From the NCBI GenBank assembly GCA_013115125.1, contig JABANN010000251.1, positions 1-47,300 of the forward strand: a stretch of 47,300 bases of DNA, written 5' to 3'. This stretch comes from Perkinsus olseni (taxonomy: Eukaryota). The position numbers and the translations under genes are program-made. Below the pieces are notes generated by a model, which saw only the letters and a program-made list of their open reading frames with translations, was not told the origin of the DNA and made no database searches. Positions 13,201 to 26,800 of the stretch are shown piece after piece. Numbering within the stretch: position 1 is the first letter of the stretch; the number at the start of each line of letters is the position of its first letter.

Positions 13201-15765
13201 TCGCCATGGAGGAGCTGCCGTTGCACCTGAGCCGTGCTGTGAGCGAGGGGAGGGTGCCCCTGGTGGAATTCATTCTTAGAAATCGCCTGGTTGGTGACAC
13301 TCCTAGAAGCTCTCTCACACCGCCCACTCCTCAGTGCAATCCGAATGTGCTGTGCCTCGTACCATCGGACTCCCCTTTATGGGCCGCTGTAGTGGAAGCG
13401 TCGACAACCTCGCCGCCGTCAGCGGTGTACGCACCGCCCGTCTATGCCATGGTCAGTCTGCAGTCGAGATTGACCGTCACTGCGGTCGGTCAGGTCAACT
13501 TGGCGCACTCCTTATCGGATGCGGAGGGCTTTGGGGAGTGCAGCACCTATCAATATTTCAAGGGTAAGCTCCGTACACGACCATGTGGGTGATGTCCACC
13601 CTCAGGGAGAGGAGATTGCGCCGTTGATGGGACAGTTGATCGTGCATACTACCTTAGCAGCGATAGGAAAACTCGAAGCAGTGGACGGAGGGCAGTTGAG
13701 GGGGCCTTCTTCCGGAAGGTAGTGTACACTCTGGGGGAGTGAGTGTGAGCCAGATGGGTAGGGCGAGGTCTTCGACCGCCTGAAGGAGATGTTGATGCCA
13801 TTCTGTCGAGCTGGATGCGACTTTGAGGAGGAGGCGATGGTCTCGATGAGGGTTGGAGAGGCGAACATTATGAGGAAAGTCGCCAGTGGGGGCCGCCCAA
13901 AGCTAACCGTGCCCCTACTGAGCCTAGCGGTAGTGGTGGTCCGGTACAATGGACGCTGAGAAATGACTGCCATCAGGTTGCGGCTGGGATGACTCGGCTG
14001 AGCAGGGCTCTCATCGAAGTGGCGAAGTGCACTCCGAGTTCCACTGATGTGAGATGATGCTGCTGCTCGATTGGCATCATCTCGGTGGCTGCTGCTGCTG
14101 CTGCAGACTTCTGGTATGCCGTCATCATTGTTGTTGAAGGAGGCAATGATGGAGGGCAGGCTGACCATGACCAGGATACTCGTCAATAGTCGGAAGGTGA
14201 AAAGAAGGGAGGGTAGCGAGTGGCAGTATCAGTGAACTCAGGGGGTCATCGATCCGGCCGACTGCAGAGACACCAAAGGCGATTCACCAACCTTCTGGCT
14301 CCTTCGAGACCCCAACTTCATCAAACCAGGGCCAGGCCAATGGCTGATGGCGGAGATGCTAGAAAGCCTGGTACAAGGTGAGGCCTCGGGATCATCCAGC
14401 ATGGCTCAGTCGTACTCGTAGGTGGAAGGCCAATGTCGAGGGGGGAGCTAGTCGACAGCTTAGATGGCAGTGGCTTCGCTTACCTGCATTACCTGTGCGC
14501 GCTCAGTTCCATCGGTGGCATAGCTAGGTAGGAGCGCCCGTCACGTACACTGCCCATCGGATGCTGTAGGGATTGCCTCATGAAAAGTATGCCGCCAGAG
14601 ACGCTTCAGGGAGGTGAGCACTTGGTGAATCTCCTACTCGATGCCAAGGCGGAGGTGAGGAGACGAGTTGGCTGGAGACCCGCCTCCATCGTCTGGTTCC
14701 TAGGTCGATATACCGAGCCGTAGGAGTGGTCTGACGGCCCTGCACCTCAGCGGCTGCCGAGTGGCTGTCATTGACACGCTGTTGCGTCATAAGGCTAACG
14801 TGAAGGCCTGTGATACTCAGGGAAGGACTGCCCTTCACCTCGCTGTCCGGTACGCGGGCTACCGCCTGGCCACAGCTGCCCGGGGTAGTCAGTAGTATCT
14901 AAGTGTTTCTCAGAGCCGTCAATTACTGCCCTCCCCGGGTCCCCGATGCGTTGGACGAGGATCCAACAGCATGTGTGGAGCTGCTCATACGCCACAAGGC
15001 TTCCGTGGCTGCCGCTGAGTGCTGAGCCTCTCCGGCTGTGGCTCCTCCTTGCTATTGTCGATCTTCTCAGCCACCGAGGCTACACCCCACTGCACACCCT
15101 CTGTTCAATACCCCCATCGTCTCTATCGGACCAGACCGCTTGCGTGGATGTCGCGGAGCTCCTTATGAAGTCAGTTCAACAGTAGCCGCTCTTGACTAGG
15201 ATTGCTGCTATTCAGGCACGCCGCCGCGCCTATTGATGCCGAGGATAGCGCTGCGTTCACTCCCATCGCCGTGGCCTCCAGGACCGGCCTCCATGAAGTG
15301 GTAAGCGAGTTACTGCCAGCGGCGGCAGGTCTGAGTCGATCTGTCTCTGCAGGTATCATGTATCGCTCGATGGCAGCCGTCTGTTGTGACGTTCCGCAAT
15401 AAGATGAGGAGTGACATCACTTGCCTGCATGTGGCTACGACCCCGTCAACAGTCGATGCCCTCATGAAGTGGAAGGCTGACATTAACGCCACTACACAGC
15501 CAGAAGAGCAGACGCCTCTGCACGTACATCAGCTGCTTGGAGGCATTCCGTCCCTGGTCGTCTTGCAGGTCCACTGCAAGGCTGGACGAGCTGATGTGGT
15601 CGATGCTCTCATTCGGCATAAGGCCCAAGTCGAGGCTGTGGACCAACGGGGCAAGCGGCCGATCGATTACTGCAATGACGAAGGTCAGCGTCTTTCGTTG
15701 CTTCTACTGCTCCTGACGGTCTCTCAGTTACCCGCAGAATCCTAGCCAGTGCCATCGAGGATTGA
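10236..15765 (+). CDS. Large ankyrin-repeat protein, possibly with a C2-like segment; multi-exon (5' part may be a separate gene)
   Basis: Ankyrin motifs DGDGRTPLDVALTRGDHEACHIL, LPLHLSRAVSEGRVPLVEFIL, DTQGRTALHLA, HRGYTPLHTLC, DAEDSAAFTPIAVASRTGLHEV, ITCLHVAT...KWKADINA, EQTPLH..CKAGRADVVDALIRHKAQVEAVDQRGKRPIDYC; stop TGA 15763-15765. Confidence 0.7.
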
Positions 15766-15856
15766 ACTCAGCGATTGGGAACCCGTTCGTGACCTTAATG
15801 GGACCCACCAGCTTGGAAGGGATGGGGCTTGCCGTGCCCTTCATAGCTGACAGAGC

Positions 15857-16878
15857 ATGTTGCGATGTGCCTCGGTGCCCGGTCCTATGATGTTGTTGAG
15901 TTTGTAGAGGGACGCTCGGTTAAGGAGGGCAGTCCAGTCTGGTCACCATGCCTCGTTCCACTCGATCGGCAACAACAGTAGCATCCTCGCGGCCTCCACG
16001 CCAGCCCGATGACCATTTGCGTAGAATGGAGAGCATCGTCCATGTGAGAGGCAGCAGCAGCAGCAGCTCGATGAGAGTGAGGCCAATGGTGATCAGGCCC
16101 CTCTTGAAGTGCACCCCTGCACGGAGCATCATCGCTTCTACTGGATGGATGGCACACAAGTGCGGCCCTTGCCCCTCGTTGGCTCATGAATGCGTATCTC
16201 AGAAACCTATTGGGTTGGACGCTGCCCCATTGGAGCCGCTGTACTCGGATTATAGACATGCTTGCGAGCAGGTGATCGCAGAGCCCTTCAGCACCTCAGC
16301 AGGCCTAGTCTTCGCAGATATCATCCTATTGGCGAGGGAGGCCGAGGGCTCTCCCCGCTCAACCGCACACGGCGGCGGACGTGAAGAGTTGCCAAGAGGG
16401 GACTGTGGACGACCAAGAGAAGAGGGAACTCGAGGAAGAGGAACCAGCGAACTCGGAGGCACCCGAAGGCTCTTGTGTGAAGTCAGAATGCCGGTCAAGA
16501 GCTGCCTCGGTGGTGGGGTCGAGTTCCTGTGTAACGAGAGTCGGCGTGAGAGCATCCTTCCCCAACTTTGCCAGCAGAGACAACGTACAACACATCCTCC
16601 TGGACCCGATACTGCCAAAGAAGAAGTCTTAACTTGTCGGAGTGTGGTCGAGCTGATGACTCGCCTGTAGGTACCGTCATGGCCGAGCACGCCTCATGTC
16701 CCTCTACGCTGACAGCTACTTCGATTCCAGGCAGCTACGCAGGGCAGCTCACAAATGCGATAAGGAGCACCACTTTAAGCGGAATGCAATTACAGAAATT
16801 GTGAGTCCTCAAGCCCAATCATGCGATCCATCCTCCTTCCTCAGGCGGGGGAATTCGCCAAGCAGAAGTGTCTCATGA
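15857..16878 (+). CDS. Hypothetical multi-exon protein
   Basis: Coding-like exons (PLEPLYSDYRHACEQ; KSCQEGTVDDQEKRELEEEEP; LYADSYFDSRQLRRAAHKCDKEHHFKRNAITEI) with short GT-AG introns. No family recognised. Confidence 0.45.
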
Positions 16879-16961
16879 GGAAATAGTCATGATGTTGTTC
16901 TTGTCGTTGTGTTTTGTACATGGGATGTTGTCTGTTGAGTTGATTGAGTAGGGGCCACGAT

Positions 16962-17010
16962 CACTGTACATTTTCATCTTCCCAAGCTGGGAAGATGAAA
17001 GTGTACAGTG
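16962..17010. repeat. Near-perfect inverted repeat: 23-bp stem, 3-nt loop
   Basis: CACTGTACATTTTCATCTTCCCA-agc-TGGGAAGATGAAAGTGTACAGTG, one mismatch that would be a G-U pair on the plus strand. Confidence 0.95.
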
Positions 17011-17285
17011 GGGATCCCAACGGTACGGTACCACAATGTCGTCTCTACACAGCCCCCACACACTCGCAGCGCAAACGAAAGATCTCTAACTCGGTCCGAT
17101 CGGTGCTGGCAGCTATTCTGGATGGTCATAGCTTCTCCGCACCGATGGGCCACTTCACATAACGCAAGCGCGATTAGGGATAAAAGTATGGAAACTATTA
17201 TTACGATGATACTCGAGTAGATGTGGCAACGGAGCCACTTATGTTGCATTGACGTTATCGAGGATCTTCAATAAGTTATCAATCC

Positions 17286-20200
17286 TCATATGAAACCGAA
17301 GCCTTCATGAGCCTCACAGACCGCCTGCTTGAGCTTCGCTTTGAGAACATCTTCGGTGTCATAGTCGGGCAAGTCGAGTTGGTTGAAGCACGTATGAGCG
17401 CTGGGCAATCGTGTCTTATCTCCCGGGGCCTTGTGGATGCTGAACTTCTGGGGGCCCCTCATGCCTGTGAGAGCTTGGAAGCCTTCGAGTGGAACCTGCA
17501 GGGAGGGTGAAGCCACGGTGGGAAGATTGAACTCTACCTGAGTAGAGCCCGTGACGAACTGCAAGAACCATGCCATCTCGTCTTCAGTGAAGTCATTCTC
17601 CAAGCATTCTGAAGTAGGAGGGATTAGAAAAGGTGCAAACGGCCAGATCGGTGACTCACTCCAGAACCACTTGATTTGCGGGTCTTGACTGCTGTAGTTG
17701 ACATACTCCGTGTTACGCTTGAGGTCCTCCACATCGATGGTCGGGAGACCCGCGATGAGCAGCTCTAGCTCCTTGTCGTCGAATAAGGTGCCAACGAGAT
17801 CAGATGGAATCTGCACAACAGCCGGGGCGTGAACAAACAGCCATCACCATCAGAGCCGTCGGCCTACCAGTTCGTGGAAGCCTTCTAAGAAGGCCTGTAG
17901 TTGATCTTGGATACCCGATGTCATCTTATGTTCGCAAACCTTCTGGACGTACTCCTGTTTATTCTGCTGCGTTACCGGAATGTTGCTACCGTTGGGGATC
18001 TGAAGGGAGCAGCAGACGGTCAGTGGCGGAGCCTTCAAAGGGAGGCACTGACCAGTTCGACGACATTAGTCTTGCCGAAGTCGCTCTCTTCGATGGTGAA
18101 AGTGAGATCCAAGGCCTTCAACATCTCTTCATCTTGGCACTGCAGAATACACGCATGAGCTCAAGATACTCTCATCAGCTTTTACCTCGAGGATCCACTT
18201 AAGATTCCGATAATAGTCGGGGTCCATAGCCTCCATGTCGTGCCACGTGACGGGTCTGCCCAGCATGTGTTTGTAGAAACCTGAGCAGCATGCTAGATAG
18301 GAGGAGGCCGACAACAGCGATGGGGGGCACTACTTCGCACGAAGTAACAGTCCAATCGCTGGTTCTCGTAGATAGCCTTCCCGATGATGCGACCACAGAA
18401 TCGGAAGAAGGAGAGATGATCGGGATTGACGCTCCTGAGGGCGAACAGCTCTCAAACCGGCGGCGTTGGGCAGGCGTGAGCTTACGAGGCTGGGTTGATG
18501 AGGAAGGTGCTAGGGCGACCATTGGCCGGTAGGAAAAGGGCATAGTTGGGATTGAAGATCTCCCTAGCGAGGATGCCGAACCACTCTCGGACTAGACCAC
18601 CAGCATCGACACCCTCCTCTCCTACGAATTGGACCTGAGGAGGGGCTTTGGAAAGCAGTGGTGGCGAGGAGGAGGAGCCTCACTATGATCTTATTCATCA
18701 TTTCGCTCTTCTTGCGATGCTGCAGTTGATGATAGCTGTCAACGAAGACCTCATGACGGCGGACGTGCAGGCGTATCGGAGGGCCGGACCTGACCAGCAC
18801 GGGTGGGCCGCCGAGTGGAGACCGGGTAACTTACATGTGAGCATTCTTGCGCGACTGCTCCTTCAGCTTCGATCGGAAGAATTGCCGTTTATTATCGAAG
18901 TCGAGGGCCTGAGCAGGACCTCGCCAAGCCTCCCTCTCCCACCCGTGCTCTACCTGAGGTGCAGCATAGACGATGGGGTTGAGGGCTCGGAGTAGGAGGG
19001 ATGGCTGGTTCTTGATCAGAGCATTCAGTGGGCGACGATGGGACTCGCAGAAGGTCGCCACTCCTCGCGCTGAATATGGATGTCGTCTCCCCGCTGGTTG
19101 CCCCACCACCATCACCATCAGCTACCCACCTTGCCGGAGCAGCTCAACCTTCTTCGGGTCCGCTGCGGCCTGCTCGTCTACTTCGGCCTTACTCGAGGCC
19201 GAGGGAGTCCGCGGCAGCAGACCACCAGCCCTCGGCGATGTAGTCCCGTTGGCATTCACCTACACGATGTATTGGAAGAGGAGACAGCCTTTGTGTGCTG
19301 ATGACTAATACCATTCCTCGACGAGCTGATGCCACCTTGAGTCTATCGGACTTGGTAGGGAGCTTAGCAATGAGGTAGAGCTCAATAACGGGCAGGAGAG
19401 ATGTCAACCCCGACGGAAGATTCCTGTTGGCCGACCGGGGGCCATCACCACCTATAAGGGTCGATCCAACCATCGTACTGCGGTGGTACTGCTTACCTCC
19501 CTGCTCTCCACCACCTTGCTGCGTTGACGCCCTCTCCGGCCTCTCTACTCTATCAAGAGAATCATGATGGGGCGATATGGGGTTGCGACCCTCTCGAGTG
19601 CTGCTCCTGGCGTATTGCTGCTGCTGTTCTCGATGCCTCTCCTCGTTCTCCCGTCGTGCTTCCAGAGCTGCCTGGGCTCGAGACACCGAAGCCAACTGAG
19701 ATTGCAGGACCTTGGGGTCGTTGTCGTATCTGCTAGAGTGAAGTCATGAGCAGCAAGGCCAGAGAGGGTTGAGATGGCACCTCGTGAGAGCCTCGTCCAG
19801 TCCTGGCCAGATATTCTCGACATGAGCATCCGTGAGGAACTGTTCAAACTCCTTTTCTGCCGCTTCCCCAGCCTCGGCCGTCAGTGAGTGGCCCTTGGGA
19901 ATCAGCCTGTAGGTGGGATATCATCGAAGCAGCCAGCGATGGACTCCGCCACTTACGCGTCGCTCCAACACTGCACCACACGCAGGAGCCTCTTCGACGT
20001 CGTGAACAGCATTCCACTGGCAGTATCTCTCAATGCTGCTGTCTCCTCATCCGCGTGATGCTGCTGCTCTCCCTTCACAGCGAGGTCCGTCAGCATACTG
20101 GCGACCTTGCTGGAGAGCTGTCGAACGTGAAGTAATAGCTGCTTCCGGATGACCATCTTATGACGATCCCCAGTGGCAGCCAAGGCTTGTATGAGTGTGC

Positions 20201-20860
20201 CTGGCGTTGGCCATCAAAGGAGGCCAGCAGTGGTGGTGGCGCTTACTAGTCTTAGCTAAAGCCTTATCAAGCTCAGTGCTCTTCACTTGACAACCGCAGG
20301 CCGGGTTATCGTTGGCCAGGAAGGCGCAGAGTGCACTAACAGAGCTGCCGGACACCGCCCTCTGCAAGTGCCGTACGTGCCTGGCAATACGGCCTCTAAC
20401 GCTATAGGGAAGCACATGAGCATACATCCGAACGATGTCCATGGTCGTCCTCGCCTTCTTAGGGCTGTTACTGCTACTGCTAGCTGAAGCCTTGTTGGCT
20501 GCTGGTTTGGTCTCACCTCCCTCAGCTGTGGAGGCGGTGGCAAGCGCGGACTCTGGAGGTGCATCGGCAGGGGTAGCAGCAGGTGGGGGCGGCGGCAGAG
20601 GGGCTGCTCGGGCCCCTCCACCGGTATTACGGCCATTAGCCTTGGTATGCTGTTGTTGTTGTTGTTGCGGCGGTAGTGTTAGCATAGAGACCAGCACGGT
20701 GACGAGGAAGAGGGTATGGGCCGGGGATGACCTCAAGAGAGGCGACCCCAACAGCTGCATCTGAAACGGAAATGATGATAATGAGAAGTGCTGTCCTCCT
20801 GTAGCCACTCACGACAACATTCACTGGTGCCACAAGGATCGGCTGGGATGACCGACTAGC

Positions 20861-20896
<36 letters not shown>

Positions 20897-23800
20897 ATGA
20901 TGACCAGAAGCAGCAGACACGCCTTCAGGTTTGTCTTCACTCGAGGTTGCTGTAGACTTGCCGCCCTCCTTCCCCCCGATTGACTTAGTCCTTTGGAGTT
21001 TCCTCGCGGAGCTACCGTCGGCCTCCTCATCAGCTGCCGCCGATGCTGCAGAGTGCGTACGAGTAAGACGCTTCGACCTCCTAACTTCAGTAGCCGCTGT
21101 CTCGTGAGACTGCTCAGCAGTTGTCATTGAACCTGACAGGAATGACCAGCATACAGCCAACACCTGCGCGCTGTGTTCCCTCACTTCGCCGCCGTTTGAC
21201 ACCAGAGGCGGTCCGCTTGGGCGAGGGGCTGCTGTTGCTGACACTCCGAGAGATCGTGGATGATGATGACCTCTGCAGGAGGGCGTTGTGGATCCTGAGG
21301 GGGGGGAGGGATGGACGGGGCAGGCCTCAGAGTGCCTACATGCTGGGTGAAGCAAACCATTGACGAGACCTCGGGATAGTGGAGATGAGGAAGCTGATCG
21401 CGTTGAGTACTCTACCACAGCCAACTGACCGCGCCAGGGCCCTCACTGTGGGGGACGCTGTCACCGGGGTAGCAGCAGCAGCCTGAGGGCGGTCGTGATG
21501 ACAACAACCGGCGCCAGCGATACCTACGTTCTCAGTCGCCACTCCTCCTTCTGCTGTTGCTGCTGATGATCTGCCGGGCCCAGAAGGGAGCATCGGTGGC
21601 TCATACAGATACCATGGTGGGAAGGGATCGTTCTCATGATCATCGACCAGAGTGGCGACGATCTTCCCATTAGAGGCCTCTCCGACGAAGGACCAGCCGT
21701 GAACACTGTGGCCGCCATGGCTACGGCTGCGGTTGTTGGAACCTGCTGAGTCATGATGATGGCTGTGAGGAGGGCGGACAGGCGGCCTACAGGCGAGGGA
21801 GAGTAGGGCTTGTACCAACACTTGCAGGACAGCATCCTCAAGCCTTGGATCGAGGCAGATGTTGAAGATGGTTTTGTCTACTAGTGGACGTAGTGGCTGA
21901 TATCTGAGATCATCACCAGTACTGGATGGGAGGGCCGTGGTGACCGTGTGGGCCCACCTCATGAACAGCAGCCGTAGGAGGTGCTTGGCGCCCTCAGCGA
22001 GTGTGTTTCGATGAGGGGCGGAAGAGGGAGCGTCTCCGGCGGCACTGATGTCCTGCCATAGTACCAGAGGTGGGCAAGTGCCACTGCTGTACCTGATGGA
22101 AGAGTTGGCGGAGGAGTGGTACGAGAGTAGGCGTAACCCACATGTGGGAGATCTCCTCAGTCTGCAAGGGGCTCTGCAGCCAGCTCCTGTCGATAGCCTG
22201 TCCTCCTCCGGTCCCCGAGGCTGGCGACCCTCTGGTAGTTATGATACCTGTCGGACAGCGAATAACAACCACAGCCAGAAACAGGCGTAGTACGCAGTGG
22301 GGCCTGCAGACCGAGATTGAGGGACTCCAGTGATGCTGCGGAGAGGGGGCTAGGGCGACGAGGCGGCCCACCACCAGGCGATTGTATCATCGTCCGCACA
22401 CTAGAGGAGGAGGCCCAATCACCAAGGTCGGGCCTTCGCCGCCCCTGCGGTCTGCCGATAAACGCTGCAGCAGGACCTGGGCAGAGAACGTGAGCTACCC
22501 GGGTGGGGAGGGAGCCGTACTACCCCAAGAGGAATCAATGTCCATCTCTGGGCTGCCAATGGCGAAGGATGGCCCACCGCCGCCGCCACGACGATTCTGA
22601 GAGAAAGTGAGCATAGAGGGACAAGCCCTTCCCCTCCTCCAGCTTACCCCTCTACTGGTGTCGAAGAGGAACATGTCGGGGTTCTCAGCGACAGACTCTG
22701 AGAAGGAAGAGGACTGGCGACGAGAGGGGACGATGATGGGTAGCCTTACCGAACTCTCGGATGATTGCGGCCAGCTGCTGATGCCCTGGTACGCCTGCCC
22801 CATTGAGGCGTTGTGTGAGGCTACTGCCGAAGCGACGGCCACCAACAAGAGGGCCATCATCGGCTAGGAGTTCCTCATAGAAGGATGCCGACTCCTCAGG
22901 GAACGGGCTCAGGTAGGCCCCAACCTGCCTAGGCCCGCCACCACCATTAGAGGACGCAGCGGCACCTCCGCCAGCCGATGTTGTCGTGGAGTGCATAACA
23001 TTATCAACCGAACCTAAGATACCATCACCGACGGTGGCAGGCTGGAGACGATGACCAACCTCGTATGCTCTCCCCCATGGCACGCAGCCTTCGAGATTGC
23101 TCCTCGACCTCTCGCTGATGTGCACTGGTGGCCCCTCCGCCAGTACGACGAGTTCCACCACCAGTAACACCGAAACGAGTCCTCGGCCGTCGAAGCAGCT
23201 GCTGATGATGCCGCCTTCGCTGCTCTACTTCCTCGTTGGCTGCTCTGGCTTCCGTCTGAGAAGTAGCAGCAGTAGAGGGCAGGACGGGAGGGAGGAGAGG
23301 CCCTACTCTAAGTTCCTCCGGGAGGGTGTCTATCGAGCTTGGATCGTCCAGTTGCATGCTAATGAGAGCCTCCCTTCTGAGGTCTGCTGGCAGGGCATGG
23401 AGGAACTCTGCGGCTTCATTCGCCGCATCAACCGCTGCAGCGTCGGCGGCGTCGGCGGCGGCATTCGCTTCTCCCTGGCAGAGCACATCCTCTCCAACTC
23501 CCCCGCGGTCACCCGTACCTGGTCCTGTTGTTGAGGGTTCTGCCGACGGTATTCATTCCTGAGTTCAGTCAGGACTCCCTCATCCATCCCCCTCACTGCA
23601 TCGAGTATGGCCTCCCGCTGAAGGTCAGGGGGCAACTCCACCAGTACCTGATGATGAGTAGCTGACGGAGGCGTGGGGGGGGGGGGGCTGATGCCCTACT
23701 ACCGATAGGTCCATGCCAGACCTCCTAACAACCTCTCCCACTGGCACCCTCATCCTGTTAGCAGCATCGATGCACGCCTGGGGATACTGGCTAGTGTCGA

Positions 23801-26800
23801 CCGCGGCTGCCTCCGTGGCAGCCGGTGCTGCCTCGGCAGGTGGGGGTGCCTCGGCAGGTGGGGGTGCCTCGGCAGGTGGGGGTGCCTCGGCAGGTGGGGG
23901 TGCCTCCACAGCGACCCCCACCGCGGGACTCTCTTCAGCGGTTGCTGTGGTGGGTTCATTCCCATGACTTCCATTGGCAGCAGTCTCCTCCTCCTGCTGA
24001 TGGTCAGCAGCCGTAGTGGCACTCTCCCCGGCCGCATCCGTCGATGATGGCGCCGTTTGTGAATCGGTCGCAGCTGCAGCAGCAGCAGTCGACTGACTGC
24101 CTGTCTGCGTGGCCGTGTCGACCGCATTGTTTTCAGCTTCATCTCGTCTACTGTGACGGCGGGACAATCGCCGGGACTTCTTCCTCGGGGATTCCCCCTC
24201 GGTCTTATCACCGGCATCACTTCTGCTTCTCCTCCGTCGACCCTCACTCTTCGGGGTCTCTGCTGGAGGGGTGGGAGCCTCTGGTTCCTGCAACACGACC
24301 GTTCCCCTGTCATTCATCCTCGGCATTAACCCTACTACCTCCCTCAGCCCAGCCGCTACTGCTTCCTCTACTCTGTTGCACAACATGCTGGTCACGGATC
24401 TACTGGTAGGTGGCTCCACCACTCCCGTGATCAGATCCACTCCACCATCTCCCGATGCGCTTCCATCACCACCGAGATCGCCGTGGGGACGGGCCACCAA
24501 GGGCGGCATACGATTGTTCTGCCGTCCCTCGAAGAAGGGATGGATGGCCGAATAGCGTCCTGCAGCCCCTTTATCAGGACTCTCCTCTGGGTTAAGGAAG
24601 CTCCAGACTTTTCGAGGTGGTTTGGGCAGCAGCAGGCTCTGAGCGAACATATCAGTCCAGGGTGTTTCTAATGAAGAGCCGAAGCAGCCTACCTGTGAAC
24701 TCAGCATCGCGTTAGGGGGTATGGCATTGGGGTCTGTAACGCCGGTAATGCGTTCAGCGCCGTGGGGCCCTCCTCCTGCTGCGGCACCACCGACAGCAGC
24801 GCCTCCACGCCTCCGCGGGAGTAGGTCGCGGATCCCGAATGCCTGAGGAGGGTTGGCATGAAGCGTGATGCCTGGCGTCAGTAGACTTACCCTCCCAGGA
24901 CCGTCCTCCAGGACTGGCAACATGAGATGGCCTCCACCTCCTCTGGGATACATCCTCCCACGAGGGGCGTCGCCATCGAAGCCCAGTAGGGGTATGGCAT
25001 CCTCGTCGTCACTGCCTTCCTCCCCTTCATCATCAGAGCTCTCTTCGTCATCATCCTCTTCGCCTTCATCATCATCTTCCATCATCTCCTCGTCCTCCTC
25101 GTCATGACCATCATCAAACTGAAAGACCCGGTGTCGACAGGTAGGGGGCTACTGTATTACCTCAATGACGATATCACCATCATCATCCCCGGAGCTCCCG
25201 CTGCTGCTGCTGCTGCTCTCACTACTGCCACTACTACTGCTACCACCAGTACTAGGACCCTCCCGGCCGCCCTGGGGGGTATCAGCCACGCCATGGGGCT
25301 GCTCCTGCCGGCCATCACCGCCAGGAGCTGGTGCCTAGAAAAGCGATGATGACACAGCTGAGCCAGCAGGCAGCATCTCACCCCATCCACATTGCTGCTA
25401 TCGGGGCCACTGCGTGCAGCAGCCGAAGAGCCTCCTGCGTTGGGAGCCGCGGCACTCATCACAACCTAATCAAGGGGCAATGAGTGGCAGCGAGCTACTG
25501 AGCGAAGGGACGTACATCTCTCAACACGTCCATAACGTCTCCATCAACATCATCGTCCTCTCCTTCATCATCACTGCCCTCTGCCCCCTCCCCCATGATA
25601 CCCTCGTCATCATCACTGCCCTCGTCATCACTATCCTCATCATCCTCGTCGAGGTCATCGGGATCGATGTTTTCCATCTGCTCCCTCTCCAGCTGCATGT
25701 CCCTCTCCTCCTCGAGCTCATCTGGCTGAGACTCCGCTGGATGAATCTCGGACTCGGGTGGGACCAACTGCTCATCATCATCATCATCCTCGTCGCCATC
25801 ATCGAGGTCGTCGAGTAGGCCATCATCCTCATCGTCCTCTAACCGGTCGTACACTGAGGTTGAGCAATAGACACAAGCAGTACCTCCACCAGGAGCAGGG
25901 ACTTACCATCGTCGTCGGCCCACTCCCCCTCATCTTCATTGCCCTCGTTCTGATCATCTCCGCCCTCTTCAGCGGCAGTATCACCACCAGTGGCGTCGTC
26001 CCCTGTCGGGTTAGCCTCGTCGTCATCATTGATGACCGGTTCGACGATCATGGTGGGAATGAGCTCATCATCATCCCCCTCATCCTCTTCATCATCCGAG
26101 TCCTCATCCAGCAAGAACCCTGCTGGTGGCCCGAAGTGGTAGATGACACTTGGCGAAGAATCTTATGCAACAAGGCGATAGCAACTAATGGTTCCCTCAG
26201 ACCCCACTCACCTTCATCCTCCTCCATGGCAAGCTGCTCATCCTCGGGAGGGAGCTTCGCCTTCTGCTGCTTCCTATCGTCAGCAGGGAGGGCTGGAGGG
26301 CGAGTAACAATCTCCATACACGCCAGTACTGCCTCAGAGAGATCAGCTGAGTAGGGCCTGACCACACCCATCGACGAAGGAAGTCCAGGGCTGTCCTCAT
26401 TACCTATGCAGCATGATACTGCCGAGGACTTCGTTGCACTCCGCAGCAAGACGCTGCCTTCTGTCCCTCCCCAACACCTTGTCCACACCATCCATCTGAC
26501 TCGCCTTCAACAGCAGGGCGTAGAAGAGAGCAAACCGGCGATAGGTCGTCATAACCCAGGCTAGCTCCTTCTCCTCATTATCATCGTCATCGTGGCTGTA
26601 CTTGGCGAAGGGCTCTCGAGTAAGCTTATCGGCCAGGGACTTATACCAGTTTATCACAACCTCGCCACCCGCAGAGACTTTCTTATCGCTATCAGAGGGA
26701 GGCGTACAGGAGGCACAGAGCTGCGTCCAGCAGCCTGATATGAGATGAAAGGCCGATTTCATAGTACTACTGCCAGTCTGACCACCGCCTGGCCGGCCTC

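Noticed and set aside
13602-14186. 194-aa minus-strand ORF
   Set aside because: Antisense to ankyrin-gene exons; no recognisable features.
23674-23688. Poly-G run
   Set aside because: Lies within a short intron (poly-C on the sense strand); no evidence of function.
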